Source of the DNA: Eledone cirrhosa
Taxonomy: Eukaryota
Direction: 5' to 3'
Assembly (NCBI GenBank): GCA_964016885.1
Contig: OZ024743.1
Coordinates: forward strand, 130,076,001-130,140,000
Length of the DNA stretch: 64,000 nucleotides
Shown here: positions 34,441 through 46,439 of the stretch, piece by piece
Numbering within the stretch: position 1 is the stretch's first letter
Layout of the letters: each line of letters begins with the position of its first letter
Position numbers and translations under genes: made by a program
The notes under the pieces: model-generated
What the model was told of the DNA's origin: nothing
The model's database searches: none
What the model saw: only the letters and a program-made list of their open reading frames with translations

Positions 34441-37400
34441 TTGATGTTTGCTGTTTGGTGTCTGCTTTTTGGTGTTTTGTGTTTGCTGTATGGTGTTTGG
34501 TGTTTGCTGTTTGGTGATTGGTGTTTGGTGCTTGCTGCTTGGTGCTTGGTGTTTGGTGCTTGGTGCTTGTTACTTGGTGCTTGGTGTTTGTTGTTTGGTA
34601 CTTGGTGCTTGGTGTTTGGTACTTGATGGTTGGTGCTTGGACTTTGGTGCTTGGTGCTTGGTGCTTGGTGCTTGGTGCTTGGTGTTTGGTGCTTGGTCCT
34701 TGGTGCTTGGTGTTTGGTGCTTGGTGTTTGGTCCTTGCTGCTTGGTGATTGGTGCTTCGTGCTTGGTGCTTGGTGTTTGGTGTTTGGTGCTTGGTGATTG
34801 GTGTTTGGTGCTTGGTGCTTGGTGCTTGTTGTTTGGTGCTTGGTGCTTGGTGCTTGGTGTTTGTTGCTTTGTGCTTGGTGCTTGGTGTTTGGTGTTTGGT
34901 GTTTGGTGCTTGGTGTTTGGTGTTTGGTGTCTGGTGCTTGGTGCTTGGTGTTTGGTGCTTGGTGCTTGCTGTTTGGTGCTTCGTGCTTGGTGCTTGGTGT
35001 TTGGTGTTTGGTGCTTCGTGCTTGGTGTCTGGTGTTTGGTGCTTGTTGCTTGGTGCTTGCTGTTTTGTGTTTGGTGTTTGGTGTTTGGTGCTTGGTGTTT
35101 GGTGTTTGGTGTTTGCTGTTTGGTGTTTGGTTTTTGCTGTTTGGTGTTTGCTATTTTGTGTTTGGTGTATGCAGTTTGGTGTTTGCTGTTTGGTGTTTGC
35201 TGTGTGGTGTTTGGTGTTTGGTGCTTGGTGCTTGGTGTTTGGTACTTGGTGCTTGGGGCTTGGTGCTTTGTGTTTGGTGCTTGGTGCTTGCTGTTTGGTG
35301 CTTGGTGCTTGGTGCTTGGTCTTTTGTGTTTGGTGTTTGGTGTTTGGTGCTTGGTGTTTGGTGTTTGGTGTTTGCTGTTTGGTGTTTGGTGTTTGCTGTT
35401 TGGGGTTTGCTATTTGGTGTCTGGTGTTTGCAGATTGGTGTTTGCTGTTTGGTGTTTGCTGTGTGGTGTTTGGTGTTTAGTGCTTGGTGCTTGGTGTTTG
35501 GTGTCTGGTGCTTGGTGCTTGGTGTTTGGTGCTTGGTGCTTGGTGCCTGGTGCTTGGTGCTTGGTGTTTGGTGCTTGGTGCTTGGTGTTTGGTGCTTGGT
35601 GCTTGGTGTTTGGTGTTTAGTGTTTGGTGCTTGGTGTTTGGTGTTTGGTGCTTGGTGGTTGGTGTTTGCTGTTTGGTGCTTGATGCTTGGTGTTTGGTGC
35701 TTGGTGCTTGGTGATTGGTGCTTGGTGCTTGGTGCTTGGTGCTTGGTGCTTGGTGTTTGTTCCTTGGTGCTTGGTGTTTGGTGTTTGGTGCTTGGTGCTT
35801 GGTGTTTGGTGCTTGGTGCTTGGTGTTTGGTGTTTGGTGTTTGGTGTTTGGCACTTGGTGCTTGGTGTTTGGTGCTTGGTGCTTGGTGTTTGGTGTTTGG
35901 TGCTTGGTGATTGGTTCTTGGTGCTTGGTGCTTGGTGTTTGGTGTTTGGTGCTTGGTGCTTGGTGCTTGCTGCTTGGTGCTTGGTGCTTTGTACTTGGTG
36001 CTTGGTGCTTTGTACTTGGTGCTTGGTGTTTGGTGTTTGGTGCTGGGTGCTTGGTGTTTGGTGCTTGGTGCTTGGTGCTTGGTGCTTGGTGCTTGGTGCT
36101 TGGTGCTTGGTGTTTTGTGTTTGGTGCTTGGTGCTTGGTGTTTGGTGTTTAGTGCCTGGTGCTTGGTGTTTGGTGTTTGATGCTTGGTGCTTGGTGTTTG
36201 GTGTTTGGTGCTTGGTGCTTGGTGTTTGCTGTTTGGTGCTTGATGCTTGGTGTTTGGTGTTTGGTGCTTGGTGTTTGGTGCTTGGTGCTTGGTGTTTGGT
36301 GTTTGCTGCTTGGTGTTTGGTGCTTGGATCTTGGTGCTTGGTGTTTGGTGCTTGGTGCTTGGTGTTTGCTGTTTGGTGCTTGATGCTTGGTGTTTGGTGT
36401 TTGGTGCTTGGTGTTTGGTGCTTGGTGCTTGGTGTTTGCTGTTTGCTGTTTGCTGTTTGGTGTTTGCTATTTGGTGTTTGGTGTTTGCTGTTTGGTGTTT
36501 GCTGTTTGGGGTTTGCTGTGTGGTGTTTGGTGTTTGGTGTTCGGTGATTGGTGCTTGGTTTTTTCTCTTTGGTGCTTGGTGCTTGGTGTTTGGTGCTTGG
36601 TGCTTGGTGTTTGGTGGTTGGTGCTTGGTGCTTGGTGATTGGTGCTTGGTGTTTGGTGCCTGGTGTTTGGTGTTTGGTTATTGGTGCTTGGTGTTTGATG
36701 TGTGGTGCTTGGTGCTTGGTGTTTGGTATTTGGTGCTTGGTGCTTGGTGCTTGGTGTTTGGTGCTGTGTGCTTGGTGCTTGTTGTTTGGTGCTTGGTGCT
36801 AGGTGTTTGGTGTTTGGTGCTTGGTGTTTGGTGTTTCGTGTTTGGTGCTTGGTACTTGGTGTTTTATGTTTGGTGTTTGGTGCTTGGTGCTTGGTGCTTG
36901 GTGTTTCGTGCTTGGTGCTTGGTGCTTGGTGCTTGGTGTTTGATGTTTAGTGCTTGGTGCTTGGTATTTGGTGTGTGGTGCTTGGTGCTTGTTGTTTGGT
37001 GTTTGGTGCTTGGTGCTTGGTGTTTGGTGATTGGTGCTTGGTGCTTGTTGTTTGGTCTTTGGCGCTTGTTGCTTGGTTTTTGGTGCTTGGTGCTTGGTTC
37101 TTGGTGTTTGGTGCTTGGTGTTTGGTGCTTGGTGTTTGGTGCTTGCTGCTTGGTGCTTGCTGTTTGGTGTTTAGTGCTTGGAGCTTGGTGCTTGCTGCTT
37201 GGTGCTTGGTGATTTGTGCTTGGTGCTTGGTGTTTGGTGTTTGGTGCTTGGTGAATGGTGTTTGGTGCTTGGTGCTTGTTGTTTGGTGCTTGGTGCTTGG
37301 TGCTTGGTGTTTGGTGCTTGGTGCTTGGTGTTTGGTGCTTGGTGCTTGGTGTTTGGTGGATGGTGCTTGGTGCTTGGTGCTTGGTGCTTGGTGTTTGGTG

Positions 37401-38065
37401 CTTGGTGCTTGGTGCTTGGTGTTTGGTGTTTGGTGCTTGGTGCTTGTTGTTAGGTGTTTGGTGCTTGGTGTTTGGTGTTTGGTGCTTGGTGCTTGGTGTT
37501 TGGTATTTGGTGCTTGGTGCTTGGTGCTTGGTGTTTGGTGTTTGGTGCTTGGTGCTTGGCGTTTGGTGTTTCTCGTTTGATGTTTGGCTTTTTCTGTTTG
37601 CTGTTTGGTGTTTGCTGCTTGCTATTTGGTGTTTTCTGTTTGCTGTTTGGTGTTTGCTGTTTGGTGATTGGTGTTTGGTGCTTGCTGCTTGGTGCTTGGT
37701 GTTTGGTGCTTGGTGCTTGTTACTTGGTACTTGGTGTTTGGTGTTTGGTACTTGGTGCTTGGTGTTTGGTGTTTGGTGCTTGGTGCTTGGTGTTTGGTAT
37801 TTGGTGCTTGGTGCTTGGTGTTTGGTGATTGGTGCTTGGTGCTTGGTGTTTGGTGCTTGGTGCTAGGTGTTTGGTGTTTGGCGCTTGGTGCTTGGTGTTT
37901 GGTGCTTGGTGCTTGGTGTTTGGTGTTTGGTGCTTGATCTTTGGTACTTGATGGTTGGTGCTTGGTCTTTCGTGCTTGGTGCTTGGTGCTTGGTGCTTGG
38001 TGTTTGGTGCTTGGTGCTTGGTGTTTGGTGCTTGGTCCTTGGTGCTTGGTGTTTGGTGCTTGGTG
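31048..38065 (+). repeat. Collinear copy of 1-7018
   Basis: Constant offset 31047 with scattered substitutions only. Confidence 0.92.
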
Positions 38066-40905
38066 TTTGTTCATTGCTGCTTGGTGATTGGTGCTTTGTG
38101 CTTGGTGCTTGGTGTTTGGTGTTTGGTGCTTGGTGATTGGTGTTTGGTGCTTGGTGCTTGGTGCTTGTTGTTTGGTGCTTGGTGCTTGGTGCTTGGTGTT
38201 TGGTGCTTGGTGCTTCGTGCTTGGTGTTTGGTGTTTGGTGTTTGGTGCTTGGTGTTTGGTGTTTGGTGTCTGGTGCTTGGTGCTTGGTGTTTGGTGCTTG
38301 GTGCTTGCTGTTTGGTGCTTCGTGCTTGGTGCTTGGTGTTTGGTGTTTGGTGCTTGGTGCTTGGTGTTTGGTGTTTGGCAATTGGTGCTTGGTGTTTGGT
38401 GCTTGGTGCTTGGTGTTTGGTGTTTGGTGCTTGGTGATTGGTTCTTGGTGCTTGGTGCTTGGTGTTTGGTGTTTGGTGCTTGGTGCTTGGTGCTTGCTGC
38501 TTGGTGCTTGGTGCTTTGTACTTGGTGCTTGGTGCTTTGTACTTGGTGCTTGGTGTTTGGTGTTTGGTGCTGGGTGCTTGGTGTTTGGTGCTTGGTGCTT
38601 GGTGCTTGGTGCTTGGTGCTTGGTGCTTGGTGCTTGGTGTTTTGTGTTTGATGCTTGGTGCTTGGTGTTTGGTGTTTAGTGCTTGGTGCTTGGTGTTTGG
38701 TGTTTGATGCTTGGTGCTTGGTGTTTGGTGTTTGGTGCTTGGTGCTTGGTGTTTGCTGTTTGGTGCTTGATGCTTGGTGTTTGGTGTTTGGTGCTTGGTG
38801 TTTGGTGCTTGGTGCTTGGTGTTTGGTGTTTGCTGCTTGGTGTTTGGTGCTTGGATCTTGGTGCTTGGTGTTTGGTGCTTGGTGCTTGGTGTTTGCTGTT
38901 TGGTGCTTGATGCTTGGTGTTTGGTGTTTGGTGCTTGGTGTTTGGTGCTTGGTGCTTGGTGTTTGCTGTTTGCTGTTTGCTGTTTGGTGTTTGCTATTTG
39001 GTGTTTGGTGTTTGCTGTTTGGTGTTTGCTGTTTGGGGTTTGCTGTGTGGTGTTTGGTGTTTGGTGTTCGGTGATTGGTGCTTGGTTTTTTCTCTTTGGT
39101 GCTTGGTGCTTGGTGTTTGCTGCTTGGTGCTTGGTGTTTGGTGGTTGGTGCTTGGTGCTTGGTGATTGGTGCTTGGTGTTTGGTGCCTGGTGTTTGGTGT
39201 TTGGTTATTGGTGCTTGGTGTTTGATGTGTGGTGCTTGGTGCTTGGTGTTTGGTATTTGGTGCTTGGTGCTTGGTGCTTGGTGTTTGGTGCTGTGTGCTT
39301 GGTGCTTGTTGTTTGGTGCTTGGTGCTAGGTGTTTGGTGTTTGGTGCTTGGTGTTTGGTGTTTCGTGGTTGGTGCTTGGTACTTGGTGTTTTATGTTTGG
39401 TGTTTGGTGCTTGGTGCTTGGTGCTTGGTGTTTCGTGCTTGGTGCTTGGTGCTTGGTGCTTGGTGTTTGATGTTTAGTGCTTGGTGCTTGGTATTTGGTG
39501 TGTGGTGCTTGGTGCTTGTTGTTTGGTGTTTGGTGCTTGGTGCTTGGTGTTTGGTGATTGGTGCTTGGTGCTTGTTGTTTGGTCTTTGGCGCTTGTTGCT
39601 TGGTTTTTGGTGCTTGGTGCTTGGTTCTTGGTGTTTGGTGCTTGGTGTTTGGTGCTTGGTGTTTGGTGCTTGCTGCTTGGTGCTTGCTGTTTGGTGTTTA
39701 GTGCTTGGAGCTTGGTGCTTGCTGCTTGGTGCTTGGTGATTTGTGCTTGGTGCTTGGTGTTTGGTGTTTGGTGCTTGGTGAATGGTGTTTGGTGCTTGGT
39801 GCTTGTTGTTTGGTGCTTGGTGCTTGGTGCTTGGTGTTTGGTGCTTGGTGCTTGGTGTTTGGTGCTTGGTGCTTGGTGTTTGGTGGATGGTGCTTGGTGC
39901 TTGGTGCTTGGTGCTTGGTGTTTGGTGCTTGGTGCTTGGTGCTTGGTGTTTGGTGTTTGGTGCTTGGTGCTTGTTGTTAGGTGTTTGGTGCTTGGTGTTT
40001 GGTGTTTGGTGCTTGGTGCTTGGTGTTTGGTATTTGGTGCTTGGTGCTTGGTGCTTGGTGTTTGGTGTTTGGTGCTTGGTGCTTGGCGTTTGGTGTTTCT
40101 CGTTTGATGTTTGGCTTTTTCTGTTTGCTGTTTGGTGTTTGCTGCTTGCTATTTGGTGTTTTCTGTTTGCTGTTTGGTGTTTGCTGTTTGGTGATTGGTG
40201 TTTGGTGCTTGCTGCTTGGTGCTTGGTGTTTGGTGCTTGGTGCTTGTTACTTGGTACTTGGTGTTTGGTGTTTGGTACTTGGTGCTTGGTGTTTGGTGTT
40301 TGGTGCTTGGTGCTTGGTGTTTGGTATTTGGTGCTTGGTGCTTGGTGTTTGGTGATTGGTGCTTGGTGCTTGGTGTTTGGTGCTTGGTGCTAGGTGTTTG
40401 GTGTTTGGCGCTTGGTGCTTGGTGTTTGGTGCTTGGTGCTTGGTGTTTGGTGTTTGGTGCTTGATCTTTGGTACTTGATGGTTGGTGCTTGGTCTTTCGT
40501 GCTTGGTGCTTGGTGCTTGGTGCTTGGTGTTTGGTGCTTGGTGCTTGGTGTTTGGTGCTTGGTCCTTGGTGCTTGGTGTTTGGTGCTTGGTGTTTGTTCA
40601 TTGCTGCTTGGTGATTGGTGCTTTGTGCTTGGTGCTTGGTGTTTGGTGTTTGGTGCTTGGTGATTGGTGTTTGGTGCTTGGTGCTTGGTGCTTGTTGTTT
40701 GGTGCTTGGTGCTTGGTGCTTGGTGTTTGGTGCTTGGTGCTTCGTGCTTGGTGTTTGGTGTTTGGTGTTTGGTGCTTGGTGTTTGGTGTTTGGTGTCTGG
40801 TGCTTGGTGCTTGGTGTTTGGTGCTTGGTGCTTGCTGTTTGGTGCTTCGTGCTTGGTGCTTGGTGTTTGGTGTTTGGTGCTTGGTGCTTGGTGTTTGGTG
40901 TTTGG
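35836..40905 (+). repeat. Tandem duplication, period 2527 bp (361 monomers)
   Basis: ORF pairs 35911/38438, 36247/38774, 37622/40149 and 38088/40615. Private marker TTTGTTCATTGC at ~38066 and ~40593. Confidence 0.92.
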
Positions 40906-40959
40906 TGCTTGGTGCTTGGTGTTTGGTGCTTGGTCCTTGGTGCTTGGTGTTTGGTGCTT

Positions 40960-43900
40960 GGTGTTTGGTCCTTACTGCTTGGTGATTGGTGCTTCGTGCT
41001 TGGTGCTTGGTGTTTGGTGTTTGGTGCTTGGTGATTGGTGTTTGGTGCTTGGTGCTTGGTGCTTGTTGTTTGGTGCTTGGTGCTTGGTGCTTGGTGTTTG
41101 TTGCTTTGTGCTTGGTGCTTGGTGTTTGGTGTTTGGTGTTTGGTGCTTGGTGTTTGGTGTTTGGTGTCTGGTGCTTGGTGCTTGGTGTTTGGTGCTTGGT
41201 GCTTGCTGTTTGGTGCTTCGTGCTTGGTGCTTGGTGTTTGGTGTTTGGTGCTTCGTGCTTGGTGTTTGGTGTTTGGTGCTTGGTGTTTGGTGTTTGGTGC
41301 TTGGTGCTTGGTGCTTGGTGCTTGGTGTTTGGTGTTTGGTGCTTGGGGCTTGGTGTCTGGTGTTTGGTGCTTGGTGCTTGGTGCTTGCTGTTTTGTGTTT
41401 GGTGTTTGGTGTTTGGTGCTTGGTGTTTGGTGTTTGGTGTTTGCTGTTTGGTGTTTGGTGTTTGCTGTTTGGTGTTTGCTATTTTGTGTTTGGTGTATGC
41501 AGTTTGGTGTTTGCTGTTTGGTGTTTGCTGTGTGGTGTTTGGTGTTTGGTGCTTGGTGCTTGGTGTTTGGTACTTGGTGCTTGGGGCTTGGTGCTTTGTG
41601 TTTGGTGCTTGGTGCTTGCTGTTTGGTGCTTGGTGCTTGGTGCTTGGTGTTTGGTGCTTGGTGCTTGGTCCTTGCTGCTTGGTGATTGGTGTTTTGTGCT
41701 TGGTGCTTGGTGTTTGGTGTTTGGTGCTTGGTGTTTGGTGTTTGGTGTCTGGTGCTTGGTGCTTGGTGTTTGGTGCTTGGTGCTTGGTGTTTGGTGCTTG
41801 GTGCTTGGTGCTTGGTGCTTGCTGTTTGGTGCTTGGTGCTTGGTGTTTGGTGTTTGGTGCTTGGTGCTTGGTGTTTGGTGTTTGGTGCTTGGTGTTTGGT
41901 GTTTGGTGCTTGGTGCTTGGTGCTTGGTGCTTGGTGCTTGGTGTTTGGTGCGTGGGGCTTGGTGTCTGGTGTTTGGTGCTTGGTGCTTGGTGCTTGGTGT
42001 TTTGTGTTTGGTGTTTGGTGTTTGGTGCTTGATGTTTGGTGTTTGGTGTTTGCTGTTTGGTGTTTGGTGTTTGCTGTTTGGGGTTTGCTATTTGGTGTTT
42101 GGTGTTTGCAGATTGGTGTTTGCTGTTTGGTGTTTGCTGTGTGGTGTTTGGTGTTTAGTGCTTGGTGCTTGGTGTTTGGTGTTTGGTGCTTGGTGCTTGG
42201 TGTTTGGTGCTTGGTGCTTGGTGCCTGGTGCTTGGTGCTTGGTGTTTGGTGCTTGGTGCTTGGTGTTTGGTGCTTGGTGCTTGGTGTCTGGTGTTTAGTG
42301 CTTGGTGCTTGGTGTTTGGTGTTTGGTGCTTGGTGGTTGGTGTTTGCTGTTTGGTGCTTGATGCTTGGTGTTTGGTGCTTGGTGCTTGGTGTTTGGTGCT
42401 TGGTGCTTGGTGCTTGGTGCTTGGTGCTTGGTGTTTGGTCCTTGGTGCTTGGTGTTTGGTGTTTGGTGCTTGGTGCTTGGTGTTTGGTGTTTGGTGTTTG
42501 GTGTTTGGCACTTGGTGCTTGGTGTTTGGTGCTTGGTGCTTGGTGTTTGGTGTTTGGTGCTTGGTGATTGGTTCTTGGTGCTTGGTGCTTGGTGTTTGGT
42601 GTTTGGTGCTTGGTGCTTGGTGCTTGCTGCTTGGTGCTTGGTGCTTTGTACTTGGTGCTTGGTGCTTTGTACTTGGTGCTTGGTGTTTGGTGTTTGGTGC
42701 TGGGTGCTTGGTGTTTGGTGCTTGGTGCTTGGTGCTTGGTGCTTGGTGCTTGGTGCTTGGTGCTTGGTGTTTTGTGTTTGGTGCTTGGTGCTTGGTGTTT
42801 GGTGTTTGGTGCTTGGTGTTTGGTGCTTGGTGCTTGGTGTTTGGTGTTTGCTGCTTGGTGTTTGGTGCTTGGATCTTGGTGCTTGGTGTTTGGTGCTTGG
42901 TGCTTGGTGTTTGCTGTTTGGTGCTTGATGCTTGGTGTTTGGTGTTTGGTGCTTGGTGTTTGGTGCTTGGTGCTTGGTGTTTGCTGTTTGCTGTTTGCTG
43001 TTTGGTGTTTGCTATTTGGTGTTTGGTGTTTGCTGTTTGGTGTTTGCTGTTTGGGGTTTGCTGTGTGGTGTTTGGTGTTTGGTGTTCGGTGATTGGTGCT
43101 TGGTTTTTTCTCTTTGGTGCTTGGTGCTTGGTGTTTGGTGCTTGGTGCTTGGTGTTTGGTGGTTGGTGCTTGGTGCTTGGTGATTGGTGCTTGGTGTTTG
43201 GTGCCTGGTGTTTGGTGTTTGGTTATTGGTGCTTGGTGTTTGATGTGTGGTGCTTGGTGCTTGGTGTTTGGTATTTGGTGCTTGGTGCTTGGTGCTTGGT
43301 GTTTGGTGCTGTGTGCTTGGTGCTTGTTGTTTGGTGCTTGGTGCTAGGTGTTTGGTGTTTGGTGCTTGGTGTTTGGTGTTTCGTGTTTGGTGCTTGGTAC
43401 TTGGTGTTTTATGTTTGGTGTTTGGTGCTTGGTGCTTGGTGCTTGGTGTTTCGTGCTTGGTGCTTGGTGCTTGGTGCTTGGTGTTTGATGTTTAGTGCTT
43501 GGTGCTTGGTATTTGGTGTGTGGTGCTTGGTGCTTGTTGTTTGGTGTTTGGTGCTTGGTGCTTGGTGTTTGGTGATTGGTGCTTGGTGCTTGTTGTTTGG
43601 TCTTTGGCGCTTGTTGCTTGGTTTTTGGTGCTTGGTTCTTGGTGTTTGGTGCTTGGTGTTTGGTGCTTGGTGTTTGGTGCTTGCTGCTTGGTGCTTGCTG
43701 TTTGGTGTTTAGTGCTTGGAGCTTGGTGCTTGCTGCTTGGTGCTTGGTGATTTGTGCTTGGTGCTTGGTGTTTGGTGTTTGGTGCTTGGTGAATGGTGTT
43801 TGGTGCTTGGTGCTTGTTGTTTGGTGCTTGGTGCTTGGTGCTTGGTGTTTGGTGCTTGGTGCTTGGTGTTTGGTGCTTGGTGCTTGGTGTTTGGTGGATG

Positions 43901-44010
43901 GTGCTTGGTGCTTGGTGCTTGGTGCTTGGTGTTTGGTGCTTGGTGCTTGGTGCTTGGTGTTTGGTGTTTGGTGCTTGGTGCTTGTTGTTAGGTGTTTGGT
44001 GCTTGGTGTT
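40960..44010 (+). repeat. Rearranged further copy of the ~3700-6430 (34720-37470) block with small insertions and deletions
   Basis: Markers TATGCAGTTT (41496), GCAGATT (42108), GGCACTT (42507), GGATCTT (42871), TTTTTTCTC (43104), GAATGG (43791) and GGATGG follow the same order as in 4121-6320. Confidence 0.85.
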
Positions 44011-46439
44011 TGGTGTTTGGTGAATTGGTGCTTGGTGTTTGGTATTTGGTGCTTGGTGCTTGGTGCTTGGTGTTTGGTGTTTGGTGCTTGGTGCTTGGTG
44101 TTTGGTGTTTGGTGCTTGGTGTTTGGTGTTTGGTGCTTGGTGCTTGGTGCTTGGTGCTTGGTGTTTGGTGTTTGGTGCTTGGGGCTTGGTGTCTGGTGTT
44201 TGGTGCTTGGTGCTTGGTGCTTGCTGTTTTGTGTTTGGTGTTTGGTGTTTGGTGCTTGGTGTTTGGTGTTTGGTGTTTGCTGTTTGGTGTTTGGTGTTTG
44301 CTGTTTGGTATTTGCTATTTTGTGTTTGGTGTTTGCAGTTTGGTGTTTGCTGTTTGGTGTTTGCTGTGTGGTGTTTGGTGTTTGGTGCTTGGTGCTTGGT
44401 GTTTGGTGCTTGGTGCTTGGTGCTTGGTGCTTGGTGCTTGGTGCGTTGTGTTTGGTGCTTGGTGCTTGGTGCTTTGTACTTGGTGCTTGGTGTTTGGTGT
44501 TTGGTGCTGGGTGCTTGGTGTTTGGTGCTTGGTGCTTGGTGCTTGGTGTTTGGTGCTTGGTGTTTGCTATTTGGTGTTTGGTGCTTGGTGCTTGGTGTTT
44601 GGTGCTTGGTGCTTGGTGCTTGGTGCTTGGTGTTTGGTGTTTAGTGCTTGGTGCTTGGTGTTTTGTGTTTGGTGCTTGGTGTTTGCTGTTTGATGTTTGC
44701 TGTGTGGTGTTCGGTGTTTAGTCATTGGTGCTTGGTGTTTGGTGTTTGGTGCTTGGTGCTTGGTGTTTGGTGCTTGGTGCTTGGTGCTTGGTGCTTGGTG
44801 CTTGGTGTTTGGTGCTTGGTGCTTGGTGTTTGGTGTTTGGTGCTTGGTGCTTGGTGCTTGGTGCTTGGTGTTTGGTGCTTGGTGCTTGGTGCTTGGTGCT
44901 TGGTGCTTGGTGCTTGGTGCTTTGTGTTTGGAGCTTGGTGCTTGGTGTTTGGTGTTTAGTGCTTGGTGCTTGGTGTTTGGTGCTTGCTGCTTGGTGCTTG
45001 GTGTTTGCTCTTTGGTGCTTGATGCTTGCTGTTTGGTGCTTGGTGCTTGGTGTTTGGTACTTGGTGCTTGGTGCTTGGTGCTTTGTGTTTGGTGCTTGGT
45101 GCTTGGTGTTTGGTGTTTAGTGCTTGGTGCTTGGTGTTTGGTGTTTGGTGCTTGGTGGTTGGTGTTTGCTGTTTGGTGCTTGATGCTTGGTGTTTGGTGC
45201 TTCGTGCTTGGTGCTTGGTGCTTGGTGTTTGGTCCTTGGTGCTTGGTGTTTGGTGTTTGGTGCTTGGTGTTTGGTGTTTGTTGTTTGGTGTTTGGCACTT
45301 GGTGCTTGGTGTTTGGTGCTTGGTGTTTGGTGCTTGGTGGTTGGTGTTTGGTGTTTGGTGCTTGGTGATTGGTTCTTGGTGCTTGGTGCTTGGTGCTTGC
45401 TGCTTGGTGCTTGGTGCTTTGTACTTGGTGCTTGGTGTTTGGTGTTTGGTGCTGGGTGCTTGGTGTTTTGTGCTTGGTGCTTGGTGCTTGGTGCTTGGTG
45501 CTTGGTGTTTTGTGTTTGGTGCTTGGTGCTTGGTGTTTGTTGTTTAGTGCTTGGTGCTTGGTGTTTGCTGTTTGGTGCTTGATGCTTGGTGTTTGGTGTT
45601 TGGTGTTTGGTGCTTGGTGTTTGGTGCTTGGTGCTTGGTGTTTGGTGTTTGCTGCTTGGTGTTTGGTGCTTGGAGCTTGGTGCTTGGTGTTTGGTGCTTG
45701 GTGCTTGGTGTTTGCTGTTTGGTGCTTGATGCTTGGTGTTTGGTGTTTGGTGCTTGGTGTTTGGTGCTTGGTGCTTGGTGTTTGCTGTTTGCTGTTTGCT
45801 GTTTGGTGTTTGCTATTTGGTGTTTGGTGTTTGCTGTTTGGTGTTTGCTGTTTGGTGTTTGGTGCTGGGTGCTTGGTGTTTGGTGCTTGGTGCTTGGTGT
45901 TTTGTGTTTGGTGCTTGGTGCTTGGTGTTTGGTGTTTAGTGCTTGGTGCTTGGTGTTTGGTGTTTGATGCTTGGTGCTTGGTGTTTGGTGTTTGGTGCTT
46001 GGTGCTTGGTGTTTGCTGTTTGGTGCTTGATGCTTGGTGTTTGGTGTTTGGTGCTTGGTGTTTGGTGCTTGGTGCTTGGTGTTTGGTGTTTGCTGCTTGG
46101 TGTTTGGTGCTTGGAGCTTGGTGCTTGGTGTTTGGTGCTTGGTGCTTGGTGTTTGCTGTTTGGTGCTTGATGCTTGGTGTTTGGTGTTTGGTGCTTGGTG
46201 TTTGGTGCTTGGTGCTTGGTGTTTGCTGTTTGCTGTTTGCTGTTTGGTGTTTGCTATTTGGTGTTTGGTGTTTGCTATTTGGTGTTTGCTGTTTGGTGTT
46301 TGCTGTGTGGTGTTTGGTGTTTGGTGTTCGGTGCTTGGTGCTTGGTTTTTTCTCTTTGGTGCTTGGTGCTTGTTGTTTGGTGCTTGGTGCTTGGTGTTTG
46401 GTGGTTGGTGCTTGGTGCTTGGTGCTTGGTGATTGGTGC

